Shown: in pieces, positions 24,101 to 36,620 of the stretch
Position numbering within the stretch: position 1 is the stretch's first letter
Layout of the letters: each line of letters starts with the position of its first letter
NCBI GenBank assembly: GCA_001275005.1
Contig: JWZX01003321.1
Location: 1 to 63,401, forward strand
DNA length: 63,401 nucleotides
Direction: 5' to 3'
From: Chrysochromulina tobinii
Lineage: Eukaryota
Program-made: the position numbers and the translations under genes
Notes under the pieces: generated by a model
What the model saw: only the letters and a program-made list of their open reading frames with translations
The model's database searches: none
What the model was told of the DNA's origin: nothing

Positions 24101-24527
24101 TGATTGTGTTGACGCCCTGGTTGAGGACGGCCTTGGCCACAAACAGCTCCCACGTGATGAACGCGCTGTCGGTGTTCCCGGCGAAGATGCCGTTAATGCT
24201 CACCGTGGCGACCGTGTCGACGCCCACCATGGTGAGCAGCGAATCGGCCTTGAGCAGCGGGTCGTCGGCGCCAAGGGTGAAGGTGCCCTCAAACGTCCAG
24301 TTTTCGAGGGCCACCCAGCTCCAGTCGCGCTCATTGTAACGATACAGCGGATCACCCTTGAGCACTCCCGCGGCCATCAGGGCGGTGTGCGCGACGGCCG
24401 GAAGCGGTGCCGGCACGTCGATCGTGCGGTTGGAATTGCGGCAGCGCCATGAAATGATCGGGTCTGAGGCGGCGCAGCCGTATGCCGCTGCGATGAGAAG
24501 GAGGAGGGACTTGACGTTTGTGGTCAT
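21157..24527 (-). CDS. Beta-mannosidase (GH2); introns 22958-22859, 22424-22328, 22179-22054
   Basis: FGWDWGP, LWWPRGYGEQPLY, NMNMVRVWGGG, IWQE, WGGSNENE, RFISEHGFQSFPS, LYWQLNDIW; signal peptide. Confidence 0.93.
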
Positions 24528-25184
24528 GATCCGGGTCGTTGCGATCGACCGCGGCACGGGTCCAGCGATAAGGCCTTCTCGCGGCCGGCATCCGCTCGCG
24601 CGCACGCGCTCGGCACCGCTTCCACGCACCACAGCTTCCGAGGGAGCAATGCCCATTCGTGTGCTCTTTCACACTCCTCCCCGTTCTCCTCCCCGTTTTC
24701 CCCACAGGGGAGTCGGCCCTGCGCGGGCGCCGGACCTCACGCTCGGCGTGGGAGCCCCCATTCACAATGAGAAAAGAGGGGCTGTCTCTTTCAGTAGGCA
24801 GCAAGTGCCCAGGCGCCATGTTCATTCATGGCTCTCAAGCAGCTCTGGTGTGAAACGGCTGTTAGCCGAGCTTGCGGAACGTCCGCAACCGAGAAGGCAC
24901 TAACTCACAGTGGAGTTCACCGGGGGAGCCGGGACACACACGGGACACGAGACATAAGGAGGAACGGGGAGCCGGGACACACGGCACACACGGTTCAGCG
25001 CGAACCTCACAAACAACCCGACCCGCGCCACGTCCCCGGAGCCGACGGAACCCGCCATTCTATTGCGCCACGGAACTCGACAAAAACGCCATGAAACGAA
25101 ATTTGTGTCCATCTGCAGGTCGCGTGCGAAAAAACGGCGCTTTTAAAAGGGAATCGCCTTCTTCCTCGCCGCGCATCCGGTTAA

Positions 25185-27245
25185 ATGGATTCCTTTTCTT
25201 CCGGCTCGGACAAAGGTGGCGCGACACACGCTACGCTCGAAGGCGAGGCTTTTCTGGAGGCGGTCAGGACGCTCGACCTGATCCAGGACCAGCTTGACTG
25301 GGCTGATGTCAAGTCCTCATGGAAGTCAGCCGCAGCGCGCTGGGCCAAGCAGCTGAGAAAGTGCCGGTACCCGGCAGACCTCGATCTGCTCTGGAAGCTC
25401 GCGGGCGAGCTGATGAATGGCATCAAACCGACCAACTTTACAGGGGGATGGTTGGTCAACGCCGATGGCAGCGAGTTGACCCGCTACCGCCAATGGCTGA
25501 CCGGGACTGATGCGAGCAGAGCTTGCGCCATCCTCAAGGCAGTCCGGGTGCTGCGTGCGCACCTGGTCAGGGTCGTGGACGGGCCGCTCTACGCGCTTGA
25601 CGGCACGCCCCTCGCCGACGCGGCCCACGCCAGCGCCGCGCCGGCACCGCTTGCCACCGAGCCCGTCATGCGTAGTCAAACGATGACTCCCGTGCCGGCT
25701 GTCGGTCCAGGGATGGCTGAGGGTGAAGGATCTATGGTGCAGCCCAACCATGCTGTAACCTTGGCAAATCGCTGGTTGGTGCAGGAGATGTCCAACGAAA
25801 GGTTGGCAGAAGAAGCTGAACTTTGTGCGACGGAAGTGGAGGAGCATTCATCGGCCTCCGCACCGTGTCACGAGCGGTCAATGCGGGAGGCTCCAGCTGC
25901 AGTAGTTTTTGCGGAGGAGCTCGCCATTGTTGAGGACGATTCAGCCGCGGCTAAACTTTGTGCGACGGAAGTGGAGGAGCATTCATCGGCCTCCGCACCG
26001 TGTCACGAGCGGTCAATGCGGGAGGCTCCATATGCGGAGGTGCTCGCCATTGTTGAGGACGATTCAGCCGCGGCCGCTCAGCCGTGGTGCATCGGCGGCA
26101 GCGTCCCGGGCGAGTCAGCGCCCACGAAGATGCAGTTTGCCTTGAGCGTGTCCGACGAGGACGCGTCCGAGGAGGCGGTCGCTTTCGCCGAGGAAGCTAG
26201 CCAGCTCTCAGTAGATGGCGATGCTCATTTCGCCACCACCGAAGGCATTGCTACAGGCGCGGCGTATGGTAGCCAGGTGGAGGTGGACGCCAACGGTGTG
26301 GCAGAGTCGACGGATGGCGGTCGTTACACGACGCGCCTGGCCAAAGCGTGCGATCTGTGTCACGAGAACCGTCTGAAGTGCATCATGCTGCCCACAGGCT
26401 GGTGTGAGCAATGCACGATGCGCGGCATCGAGTGCAAGCGGAGGATGGAGAGAAAGCGCGGCCGGCCACGCGTGACGGCAGAGAACATTGTGCAGCTCGT
26501 GCAGCGCCGGACCGCCAAGCAGCAGCTGGCAAGCAGCAGCTGGCGCGTGCCAAATTCCGTGAACGCGATCGGCGCGGGGCCATCGACGGGGCCACCACAC
26601 ACGGGAGCCTTTCCCAGCTTTCATGACCCCATCCAGGCGGCTTACGCGGCGGGGGTACAGGCAGCGACGCAAGCGCAGCTGGCGGCGGCTATGATGCAGT
26701 ACCACGGGCCGGCGCACACGTTCTCGCACATGCCCCCCGTGTCATTCATGGCGCCCCACGGCGTTCAGCCTTTCGGCGCCCCTGCCCACCAGGCGCCACA
26801 GCACCCTGCCTTTGGCGGCGCGGCGCAAGCCATGTTCAACGGCGCGGCGATGGCAGCGATGGCGGGCCAGTACGGTGTGGGCGGCATGGATGGCTCGGCG
26901 GCCTATGAGCACTACGCCGCGATGTACGCCCACTTTCAGCAGCAGCAGCAGCAGCAGTCGCTGCCCCCGGGGTACTCGGGCTACGATCATCAGTCGGCGT
27001 ACAACCCGAGCGCAGTCGCAGCGGCAGCGGCAGCGGCGTATGCGGCGGCGCAGGCGTCGGGGTCGGGGGCGGCATTACTGGCGCCGGACACGCCCTCCAC
27101 GGAGGGGCCAGCAGGGCATGCTCATGCATCGAGCGACCTGCTGGCACCTCCATGCATGCCGGCGCCGGCCGTGAATGCCAGCACGCAGCCATGGGTCTTC
27201 GAGGTTCCTTTCGGGAGCCAACAAAGTGTCGACCACTCAAAGTGA
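25185..27245 (+). CDS. Zn(II)2Cys6 binuclear-cluster transcription factor with adjacent AT-hook-like motif
   Basis: ACDLCHENRLKCIMLPTGWCEQCTMRGIEC followed by RKRGRPR; Q/A-rich C-terminus; internal in-frame duplication (~25819-26070). Confidence 0.8.
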   Translation: MDSFSSGSDKGGATHATLEGEAFLEAVRTLDLIQDQLDWADVKSSWKSAAARWAKQLRKCRYPADLDLLWKLAGELMNGIKPTNFTGGWLVNADGSELTRYRQWLTGTDASRACAILKAVRVLRAHLVRVVDGPLYALDGTPLADAAHASAAPAPLATEPVMRSQTMTPVPAVGPGMAEGEGSMVQPNHAVTLANRWLVQEMSNERLAEEAELCATEVEEHSSASAPCHERSMREAPAAVVFAEELAIVEDDSAAAKLCATEVEEHSSASAPCHERSMREAPYAEVLAIVEDDSAAAAQPWCIGGSVPGESAPTKMQFALSVSDEDASEEAVAFAEEASQLSVDGDAHFATTEGIATGAAYGSQVEVDANGVAESTDGGRYTTRLAKACDLCHENRLKCIMLPTGWCEQCTMRGIECKRRMERKRGRPRVTAENIVQLVQRRTAKQQLASSSWRVPNSVNAIGAGPSTGPPHTGAFPSFHDPIQAAYAAGVQAATQAQLAAAMMQYHGPAHTFSHMPPVSFMAPHGVQPFGAPAHQAPQHPAFGGAAQAMFNGAAMAAMAGQYGVGGMDGSAAYEHYAAMYAHFQQQQQQQSLPPGYSGYDHQSAYNPSAVAAAAAAAYAAAQASGSGAALLAPDTPSTEGPAGHAHASSDLLAPPCMPAPAVNASTQPWVFEVPFGSQQSVDHSK

Positions 27246-27551
27246 CGTCACTTCCAACGTGGCTCATCCAGGCATTCTGCCGCAGGTTTCAGCGCCAGCG
27301 GTTTCTCCTGTTCGCAGTGAATCAGGAGGCAAGGAACAGGGCGCCTCCGCGAGTCGGGACGGAAGTGGGCGAGCGAGAGGTCTGTCTTTTGTTCCGTTCA
27401 ATCGCATCTCAACTGTCACGCAAATAGTATGTTTCAGGTGCTCTATCGTCAACACGTGCATGCACCAAAAACACCTTCGCATGTTGGGTTTCGGCAATTG
27501 CTCTCTGGTGCCGCGTGCAGCACCCGCATCTCTCTGTGTCGATTCTTCCTA

Positions 27552-30500
27552 ATGAAGGACGACGCATGGGCCTCTCGAGCCCCCATGGAGGATCACAATG
27601 ATGGAGAGGCAAAGCGTGATTTGCTCCGAGCAAACCTCGACGTACAACAGCTCAAGGTCAGGAACTCGCGCAGAGCCAAATGGCTTGTGGCAGTGCCTCG
27701 CATGAGTTGAATGAGTCCCTTGATCCCTTGCGCTGTGGCCGTGTGGCGCCGATGCTCACAGCCTATACGACTGCTCGAAACTCTCCTCTGCAGACATTCA
27801 CTCGCTGGTGGAACTCGTGGCTATCGGAGCGCCAGCTCATCACCACCGACCTTTGCGAAGACATCAAGTTGGGTGTGCTGCCCAACGTGCTCATAGAAAT
27901 TCTCTCCAGATCGCCATGCGCTCGGTACATCCAGGCGCCGCGCACGACATTTCAGAAGCTCGACAATCTCCAGATCTTCCTCAGGGAGCTCCGGGAGAAG
28001 TCCATCAAGCTCGTCAACATCGGCGCCGAAGATCTCGCGAGCGGATATCGGAAGCTCGTGCTCGGCCTCACGTGGACGCTGATCCTCGCGTTTGAGGTTC
28101 AGAGCTCCGCGCCGAGGACGGCGCTGAATTTCGACGATGGCGGCGCCGACGGCCCCCCCAAAGCCGGCATCGCCGAGCTGCTTGAGTGGGCCAAGGAGAA
28201 GGTCAAGCCGCACGGCGTCGTCCTCGAGGGCGGCTGGCAGAAGGGTTTCACGGATGGACAAGCCTTCTGCGCGCTCGGTGCGTGCGCTTGACTTCCCTGA
28301 TGTCTACATGATGTCTACCTGATGACTACCTGATGCCCCCGCCACCTACCTGCGGCCCGACGTCCCAAGCGGCCACTTTCCCCCTGTATGGAGAGGTCAG
28401 CCCCCATATTTACACGTCGCACATCTTTGCGTGCCATTGCAACGTGGCGGAGTGACCGAGATTCATTCCGAGATTCATTCCGCCGCGATCTACGACACGG
28501 CACATCTCCCCACCTCCCCACATCTCCCCACACGTTTCCTTCGCCGAGGCTTCCCGCACGCCTCTCACCCGAACCATTATGGACTACACCATGTGCTCGC
28601 TTATGCTCGCTCACCTGACCAGTCTACTCCATCGCTCGCACGCTCCATCGCGCTTGCGCGTGTGTGCTCGCAGTGCATGACTCGGAGCCCACAGCCCTCG
28701 ACTTCGAAGGCTCGAAGCGATTGTCGCCTGCCGAGAGGCTCATGACGGCCTTCGCCGCGGCCGAGAAGTCAATGGGCGTGCCGCAGCTCCTCGATAAGAG
28801 TGACTTTTCGCTGTACGGCAAACACGATGAGAAGAGTATCATCCTTTACGTGGCCAAGCTCAAGCAGGGCTGCGACTTGCTCCACACGCACAAGGCGAGG
28901 TTGGCGCGATCGCTCGACGAGCAGCGGCGACGAGTGCACGAGGGAGCGGCGGCCTCAGTGACGGAGCCCTCGCCGCGGGACTCAGCTCTCCAGTGGCTGC
29001 AGCACCAGCCACAATCGCCTCTCGACTCGCCGGATCGCGACGGCCTGCAGTCCAGCACCGCCTTCCCGAACCCTCCTCAAAGCACACCGCCGGGCGATGG
29101 ATCGGTGCACCCCATCTCAAAGGAGCGTGCTGCGGCGGTGCTGTCGTGGGCGCAAGGTCTCCTCGACGACAAGGAAGCGCGCATCGCCTATGCCAAGGAA
29201 GTCTTTGCCGAGGCGGATGCTGACGGATCGGGATCGATGGAGATCACCGAGGCGATCGCGTCCGTGCATGAGATGGCCCGTGCCGTCGATCTCAAGCTGC
29301 CATCCCCCGATGAGATCCGAAAGCTCCTCGACATCGGACACAAGAGCCGCGACGGCTCACTGCAGGAGGACGAATTCCTCACCTTCTTTAAGGCGATGCT
29401 CGAGTCCGCACTCAATCATTCCAAGGGCAGCACGCCCGAGGACGAGTCAGCACTTAATCATTCGACCCGGTGCGTACTCCCGGCCACGCCCGATCCTGCC
29501 GCACCGACCGCACCGACCGCAACGACCGCACAGCCGGAGAAGAAGTCTTCGGTGGTCGAGGCCAAGGCCAAGACGGACTTTTTCTTCAAGCGCTCCTGGA
29601 AGGATGATGTCAACACGGCCAAGAGCCCAGCCAGGAGCCCTGCGGTAGGCGGTGGGAAGGTGGATCTCTATGGGGAAGTTGAGGGCGGATACGAGCAGAC
29701 ACGCGGATATGATGAGACAGGCCGGGGCGACGAGGGCGCAGAGAGTAAGATGAGCCCCGACTCGCTGCACACATGGGCGCTCGCAGCCATCGACGCCAGC
29801 GACGACGATTTGAATCCAGACATTCCTTCGTTTCCCAAAGAGTTGGCGTTGGCATTTGCAGCAAGGATTGGGGAGAGTGTTGATGCCAAGCCAGCCCCGG
29901 ACTCGCCGTACGACCCGGAACTCGACCCCGACAGTCGGCAAGGCGAGGCGCGGCCCGCCACATCGCCCGCCAGGAGGCAAGCACGCCTCTCCCGCGAATA
30001 CGAACACGAACACACGGCCACGTGGCAGAAGCGACCGGCCACACCGCCAAGGCTGGCACGGGATGCTGCCAAGACCGCTTCGGATGCAGCCATGGCTTCG
30101 CTCTCCGCCACAACTGCCGAGGCTGCGGCTCTGGCGGCACTGGATTCCGCAAAGAACGCGGCGACGGCCGCCGAAGCCGCCCGAGGAGCGGCGTACGCGG
30201 CTGCGGCCGCCACGACCGCGCAGGAGGCGTTGGTACAGGCACAGGCGGCAGAAGCGGAAGCGCTCAAGGCGAGGGACCTCGCTTCGCAGCTGGGAGATGA
30301 CGATCTCACCATATTCATCGCGGCCTTGGCGACGGCGAGTTCCCATGCGAGGGACGCTGCCGGCGCGGCGAACTCGGCAGTAGCGGCTGCAGCGGCGGCG
30401 CACGAGGCGGCCGAGGCGGCGGCGGCTAGCGAGACGGCCCTAACGGCAGCCAAGGCGCGCCTAAAGGCATTGCGCCTCGAACTCGCCGCCGAGGCCGCCG

Positions 30501-31667
30501 CTCTCAGTAGCCTTGGAGAAGGCGGCGAGCGAGTCTTCGTACGAGACGGCGCTCGAGGCGAGATTGCGCGAGATCGAATCTCCGAGGCGTCCCCCGAGCA
30601 ATCTCGTGATTGCGGAGGCTCTCGCAGCGGCGACGAAGGACCTCGTACGTGTCACGTCAGAGCGCGACAGGGCGCGGGCGGAGGCCGACGCGGCTGCCCT
30701 TGCTCTCACGACCGTGCTTCCGCCGGACACAGTGTCCGCCGATGTCCTGCGACGCCTGGCCCGCCGTCTGCATCACCACAAGGGCGCCCGCTACGGCGCC
30801 AGAGAAACCACTGAGGAGCGCAGCGCACAGAACGCATGGCAACGGCGCGTCTTGAGTTGGCAACGGTCGGTCCTCGGCTCAGAGGCCACCAGCCCCTGCA
30901 CCAGTCCCCCCTCGAGCCCCTCGAAGCTTCCCGTGATCGAAGCCGAGCCGGAAGTCGTGCTGCGCACGGCGCCGCCACGGTCGGTCCCGCCGGTGGCGCC
31001 GATTCCGGCGGCGCCGATGCCTCAAGCCGCTGCGTCGACGTCGCAGGCGGAGGGTGCTTGGAGCTTGGTCCTTGTGGATGGCCCTCCTGTGGAGTTGCGC
31101 GATCGTCTGCCTCCCCCGGCTCCGCCAGCTGCGCTGGGGCTGCTCGCGACCTTGACGAAGCTCGTCCCGCGCTTGAGCGTGGCGATGATAGTATGGTTCG
31201 TGATGATCATCCTGCTCGAGCTCCTGTATCGTGTCTACATGGCATTCGCCGACCCGACTGCTGCGGTTGGAATTGTGGACGTGGCGCCCAAGCTCCGCAT
31301 GGTTGAGTCAGAGCTCTTCGCCCGGGCTCTCCAGCGAAGATTCGTAGGCTGGTGGAAGGTCCACATGGCGCAGATGCCGGACCAGATACAGCTCGGCGCC
31401 GCCGCCGCAGGCCAGTTGCTCGCCATCCACAAGGACCTGCTCGTCATCCAGCTTCGCGCCACGTCGGCTTCAATCGCGCACTGGGCGAAGGAGCGCTCGA
31501 AGCGTCATTTGGGGCGAGTGGAGAGTGCGTGGCGTCACGCCGTCGACGTTGCGCCCAGCCCAACGCACTGTAAGCTCCCTCACGTCATGATGCACTGGTA
31601 CTCCGTTGAGGTGCTGCGCAAGAAGGGGTGTACGGCTCCGGTGTTCCAGTGGGACGTGAGTTACTAG
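27552..31667 (+). CDS. Tandem calponin-homology (actinin/filamin-type) protein with EF-hand pair, Ala-rich coil and C-terminal TM; exons 27552-27656, 27794-28277, 28674-; frame change near 30503
   Basis: QLKTFTRWWNSWL, IKLVNIGAEDL...KLVLGLTWTLIL, FTDGQAFCAL, MGVPQLLD, DEKSIILYVA; DADGSGSMEITE EF-hand. Confidence 0.8.
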
Positions 31668-32064
31668 TTACGTGTTGCGAGAGAGTCGTCTACGGGCGTA
31701 AGATGAGTGCGTCATAGCTGAGATATTTCGTCACGGTCGCCACATAAGTCATTACATGTACTACATAGGATACCTGGGAATGACTTACCCCAGGTTCTCA
31801 TACTACACTCGCGACTCTACATGTCGCGCATGTGGATGTCAGCCGTAAGCGTACTCGCTGAGTGTACACTTCCACACCTCTGGAAGGCTCTGCTCGAACC
31901 CGCCCACCGAGGCTACTCGATGCGCCGCACAATGACCGTCGACAGTGCGCCACGCCAGCGCTTAGTCACACAACAGCCGGTCTTGTGCGTGCCTGTGGAT
32001 GGCAAGCGGGCCTACAGCTGTACAGTAGCACAGCAACAAGAGGTGCAACTGCTCATCCTACTCT

Positions 32065-32763
32065 TCAGCCGGTCTTGTACGTGCCTTCGACGATGCAACC
32101 ATCGATCCAGTTTGTCTTCCTGGGGAAGGTCATATTTTGCAGAGCCTGCACGGCGGAGAAGCCCAGGATGGTGGCCTGTGACGACGAGAAGCAGCCGCTT
32201 GCCGTTGAGGCCGTCGCCAGGATGCCAATCGACGTGCCGATGAAAGGGTTGTCTGCGAAGTCCACGACAACACCCACAAAGGTGCCTGTGGCGCCGCCGA
32301 TGGCCGCTGACAGTGTGAAATCGTCACGCAGGTTTCCGAGCGTCGGGCCCTCAACGGCCGGGAAGGGGAGCAGGCTGCGTCCGCCGCGAAGCCCGACAAA
32401 GAAGGCCGAGCCGCACGCTGCGCCGACGCCACTGGCGGCCATCCAGAAGGGAGCGTCGGCGAGGGCATTGCACATCGGCTGCCAGACAAATCCAGAGAGG
32501 AAGGTGGCGCACGCGAGGAAGGTGGCCGTCTGTACCTCCTTGGCCATGCTGATGTTAGGCACGGCGAGCGATTTGAGCAAAAAGTACGCACAATGGCCTG
32601 TGAATACCGCACCAGCATCACCCAGCCCAGTTGTGACAAAGTAGCCAAGATCAGTAGCAGCAAACCCAAGAACTTGACAAGCATATGCATTGGCAGCCCA
32701 CCAGCCAGCACCCGCCGGTCCGATCTTGCTCGCGCAGACTTCAGCCGTGACGATAAAACGCAT
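32065..32763 (-). CDS. Small multi-pass membrane protein, unknown function
   Basis: Gly/Ala-rich hydrophobic segments (SKIGPAGAGW, TGLGD, FLSGFVWQP, DFTLSAAIGGATGTFVG); start codon uncertain. Confidence 0.65.
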   Translation of the reverse strand: MRFIVTAEVCASKIGPAGAGWWAANAYACQVLGFAATDLGYFVTTGLGDAGAVFTGHCAYFLLKSLAVPNISMAKEVQTATFLACATFLSGFVWQPMCNALADAPFWMAASGVGAACGSAFFVGLRGGRSLLPFPAVEGPTLGNLRDDFTLSAAIGGATGTFVGVVVDFADNPFIGTSIGILATASTASGCFSSSQATILGFSAVQALQNMTFPRKTNWIDGCIVEGTYKTG

Positions 32764-33299
32764 GGCGAGGGACGATGCTGCGCTATCTGCGTTCTCTCTC
32801 CGTTCCTCAGCCGTGGCGATCGGTGTGCGCAGGTGGCGTGTGGCAGACCGGAGCGTGGCGAACGAAACCTTCGATACAGGCGGCCACATCGTTCCGCGCG
32901 AACACGCGCGCATCATGATCATTGTTGCGGCCGAGGTGCGGGGGGTACAGAGCTCACAAGTGCATCAAAAACGCGGGGGTGCGGAATTCAGCGATTCCGA
33001 TTCTAAACATTCGCGGCAAGACGCTCAAGTCGCACAACCACCGGTCCCGTGGAGACACACCGCGTAAGGCGCAGACTATGCAATTCAGCGATGCGATGAA
33101 AGAACCTACCGGTACCGTAGAAACTGTAGAGATAAAGAACCAATCGAAATGTCCATGCTACACGAGTGTATTTCATCCTGACCTATCGTGTACCCGAGAA
33201 GTACGCGATACAGCATCTCATGGCGTGCGAGCGATAGAGCGCGAGCATTTGAGTCGGGTGTGATTGTCTTGTGGCGGGTGCCTGTGCACGATATATGAG

Positions 33300-33803
33300 C
33301 TAGAAGTCTCCGAAGTCTATGAGCGACGGCTGCTGGGGGCCGCCTCCAACGCTCAGCACGGCATGCGGCGGCGGCAGCGGTGGACGCGGCGGCGGCGGAG
33401 GCAGCGGGTTGTTGACGGTCCTCTGTGGCAGCGGCTGCTGCGGGTTGTCGACAGTGTACCGTGGTGGCGGTGAGCCGCTGCTCTGTGAGTCGGCATCGAC
33501 GCCCTCGGTGAGCTCTGAGAGCAGCTGCAGCATCAGCTGGCTCTGTCGCAGGAGCAGCTTGGCGTCGTCCGGGCGCAAAGAGCCTTCCTTGAGCAGCTCG
33601 CGCAGCTCGTGCTGAGCCGTGCCGAGCCTTACGATGAGAGCCTGGAAGTTGGGAGTGCTCAGCAGCTCAGCCTTGGGTAGGCTCTGCTTGCCGCACGCAC
33701 GCAGCTCGGAAATAATTGCCTGCTGCTCCGACATGTGCGCCGCGACCTGCGGCCCCGCAACGACTAGGTCTTCAGAGCCGGCGCCGTCAGGTTCATCGCG
33801 CAT
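33300..33803 (-). CDS. Hypothetical helical protein with Pro-rich tail and clathrin-box-like LIDF terminus
   Basis: Amphipathic helical region, PPPPPPRPPLPPP, terminal SLIDFGDF. Confidence 0.45.
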   Translation of the reverse strand: MRDEPDGAGSEDLVVAGPQVAAHMSEQQAIISELRACGKQSLPKAELLSTPNFQALIVRLGTAQHELRELLKEGSLRPDDAKLLLRQSQLMLQLLSELTEGVDADSQSSGSPPPRYTVDNPQQPLPQRTVNNPLPPPPPRPPLPPPHAVLSVGGGPQQPSLIDFGDF

Positions 33804-34281
33804 GCGCCCGCCTCCCCGCACGTGCGGCGATGCATGCGATGAGAAGCTGCCATCATCCTCCTCTATCTCATCTGGCGACAGAGGGGCGTGCTTCGGTCGG
33901 CGCGGTCCCCACGAGGGGAACGTTCATCGCCGACGAGAGCCACGCTCATCTTTGTCTCGGGCCCTCCACGTTTTCCCACAGGTCGAGTCGGCCGGCGCGG
34001 GAGCCCCCCCACTGAGGTCCAGAGCAGCTCACAGCAGACTTGAAAGTGGAAATAGCCAGACAAAATACGATTTTGGCAGGCACGTTCCGTAGGAAATGGT
34101 GAGGACTGAGGACGGTAAGTAGTACCGTACAGAAATGTCACGTCGCGTGCCAAACAGCGAGAACACCCGCTTGATTCTGTCGTACCCTGCCATACCCTCC
34201 CCATTGTGACACTGATGGCCGCGCCGCGAGACCCACGACCGCGTGGTTGAGAGATGTCACATTGTCATGAGGAGAATCGAG

Positions 34282-36076
34282 TCACGGGGTCGCGTGGACA
34301 TGCCGAGCAGTGTATGCCACCTTGTCCAGCACCAGGTCCAGCCCCGCAGCCCCGTCTAGGCTCGCACCTACGGGCATCAGCAGCTTGGCACCTCGAAGGA
34401 AGCCGAGGACGCTTGCCGTTGTAGCTCGATCCATCTCGGCGCTCGTCGTGCCGAGGGAGGTCTTCAGGACAAGGTTGAGCCAATGCGGCATGGTATACGC
34501 GAGGTCACAGAGCCCTTGATGGCCAGCCCCCGCAATCGTGAGCGTGCATGCCGGGCGGGCGGCGCCGACGAGCACTCGACGAGCCCAAATTTGGTACCAG
34601 TGGAACTCGACCCATTGCTCGGACCAAATCGTCAGCAGGGGAAGGTGCTGTGTGAGAGGCGGTGCACGGCCTCCGCACGCCCGCAGCCCCTCGGCCTCGC
34701 TCGCATACCTGATGAGGGAGGCCATCGGTGGTCATCAGTGGCACTCAGAGGCAAGTAGCAGCCTCTCGGCCTCCGCTCGCACACCTCGTATCGTTGAAGA
34801 CACCATCGTAGCCTGTGGCTGTCCACACGCGGCGCGGCATCCAATCAACTGCCGGGTCGAGTGCGAAGCACGCGCCGATCCGGGCAGGCCGGATGCGATC
34901 GCTGCTGCACTCGTCCCGTGCACCGGCCACATCAGCGCCGTGTTGGGCCGCGACCGCGCCAGCGCCGTGTTGGGCAGCGACGCGGTCGGCGCAGACCGTC
35001 AGAGCGGTCGCGCCGCCAAACGAGTGGCCTCCCAGGACCAGACGGTCAATCGCGAGGCGCCCCCGCAGAGTACTGAGCAGGGTCTCCACCTGCGCGTCGG
35101 CCAGCCCGTCCATTCGCACGTGCGTCCCCCGAGCCCCACCCGACAGTACCGACCCCTCCTCGATCGCTTCCAGAAACTCGAGCGTGTCCTCGACATTCGT
35201 GGCGCGGATGAGCGTCTGTGCGCGTCGTGCTTCCTTATAAGCCTCCGTGGCCGGCTCGTAGCCGAGGTCCATGACGGACGCATCGTACGGGAGCGCTGAG
35301 GGTGCACCCGTCGAGGGATCCGCCTCGACGAAGCGCGCGAGCGAGGAGGAGCGGTCCGTGTGCTCCACAAGGAGAACCAGAGCCCCGGCGGCTGCGAGTG
35401 AGAGCGCCATCGAGCTGCTCGTCTCTCGAGTGGCCGTGAGGCCGTGGGAGAAGACGATGACAGGCAGCTTACCATCGCCGGAAGGGGTATCGGCAGCCGA
35501 GGGCAAGGCAGGGGTCGCTCCATACTTCGCGCGGATGCCGATCGCCGCCCAATGGCCGAGAATCCATCTCGGGAGATACGGCCGGAGCTCCCTTGGCGCC
35601 GCATTCTGAATGAAGGCACGGGTGAGCTTGTGCCGATCTTGCATGGCGATGTAGCCAGCGCAGTCCTGGTGCGCACTCGTTGGGTAGAGCATGCGGCCGA
35701 TGATGCGCCGCCCCTCGCCCCTCTTGTTGCAACGCACCTCATAGTCCACAACACCAACGCACCACGGGCCAGGAACCGGCTTCAAGCTCGGCAAGCGAAA
35801 GGCGGCGTCAATAGCCACCGAGATCGCACCAAACACCGCACCACACACTCCCCATCCGGCCGCGGACAGGCACAAGCCAAGACGCGGAGCAGTCAGCTGC
35901 CAGTAGTCTGGCCGTCGCCACGTGGCTATCCGATGGGCGACCATCACGCCCAGCGGCGCACAGATTGCCACGAATGATGGTGGCGTGAAACCGAGCAGGA
36001 CTCGCGCAGCTGTCCAGAGAGGGAGGGACCAGATGAGCAAACGATCTACGTTGCGGTAATAGTGCGGCCACGACAT
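34282..36076 (-). CDS. Platelet-activating-factor acetylhydrolase-like alpha/beta hydrolase with N-terminal TM segments; intron 34784-34709
   Basis: LPVIVFSHGL, VEHTDRS, GHSFGGAT nucleophile elbow, FALDP, GHQGLCD. Confidence 0.87.
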
Positions 36077-36465
36077 GATGATCGATCGAGCCTCTACCTC
36101 ACGGCGTTGCGCTGAGCACTTCATGCTTACAAGTGTGAACAAGAAAGTCGGTCATTTGTCTCACAGGACCATACCTAGCGAGGCGAGCGACCACCGGGCG
36201 GCTAGCACCGTCGGATTGAGTGACTTCTTGAGAAGCAGTGAGTAACCTTAGAGCTTAGACCCCTCGCGGTCATCCACTCCGCCCTGCCACTCCGTCGAGC
36301 CACACGTGAGCATAGACGCCTGGCTCATGTGCTGAGGCTGTCACATTTCCAGGTGAGCCAGCTGTCGAAATCTACACCTCGGCCTCGTCGGGGAGCCCAG
36401 GTGGTCTGGCTCTGGACGAGCTGGCTCACTCTGCAGACTGCACGCTCCCTCACCTGACCCCCCCG

Positions 36466-36620
36466 GCTCACGTGGCTCACGTGGGGCTGGGCGGCTCGTC
36501 TGACCACCCCCTGCTCACGTGGCTCACGTGGGGCTGGCCGGCTCATCTGACCCCCTCGCTCACGTGGCTCACGTGGTTCACCTCGCTGGTGGCGCGGCTG
36601 GCCGGCGCTCATCTGTGCTT
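36466..36620. repeat. Degenerate ~46-bp tandem repeat x3 containing doubled GCTCACGTG
   Basis: gctcacgtggctcacgtggggctgg.cggctc.tctgacc.cccc units; non-coding. Confidence 0.75.
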
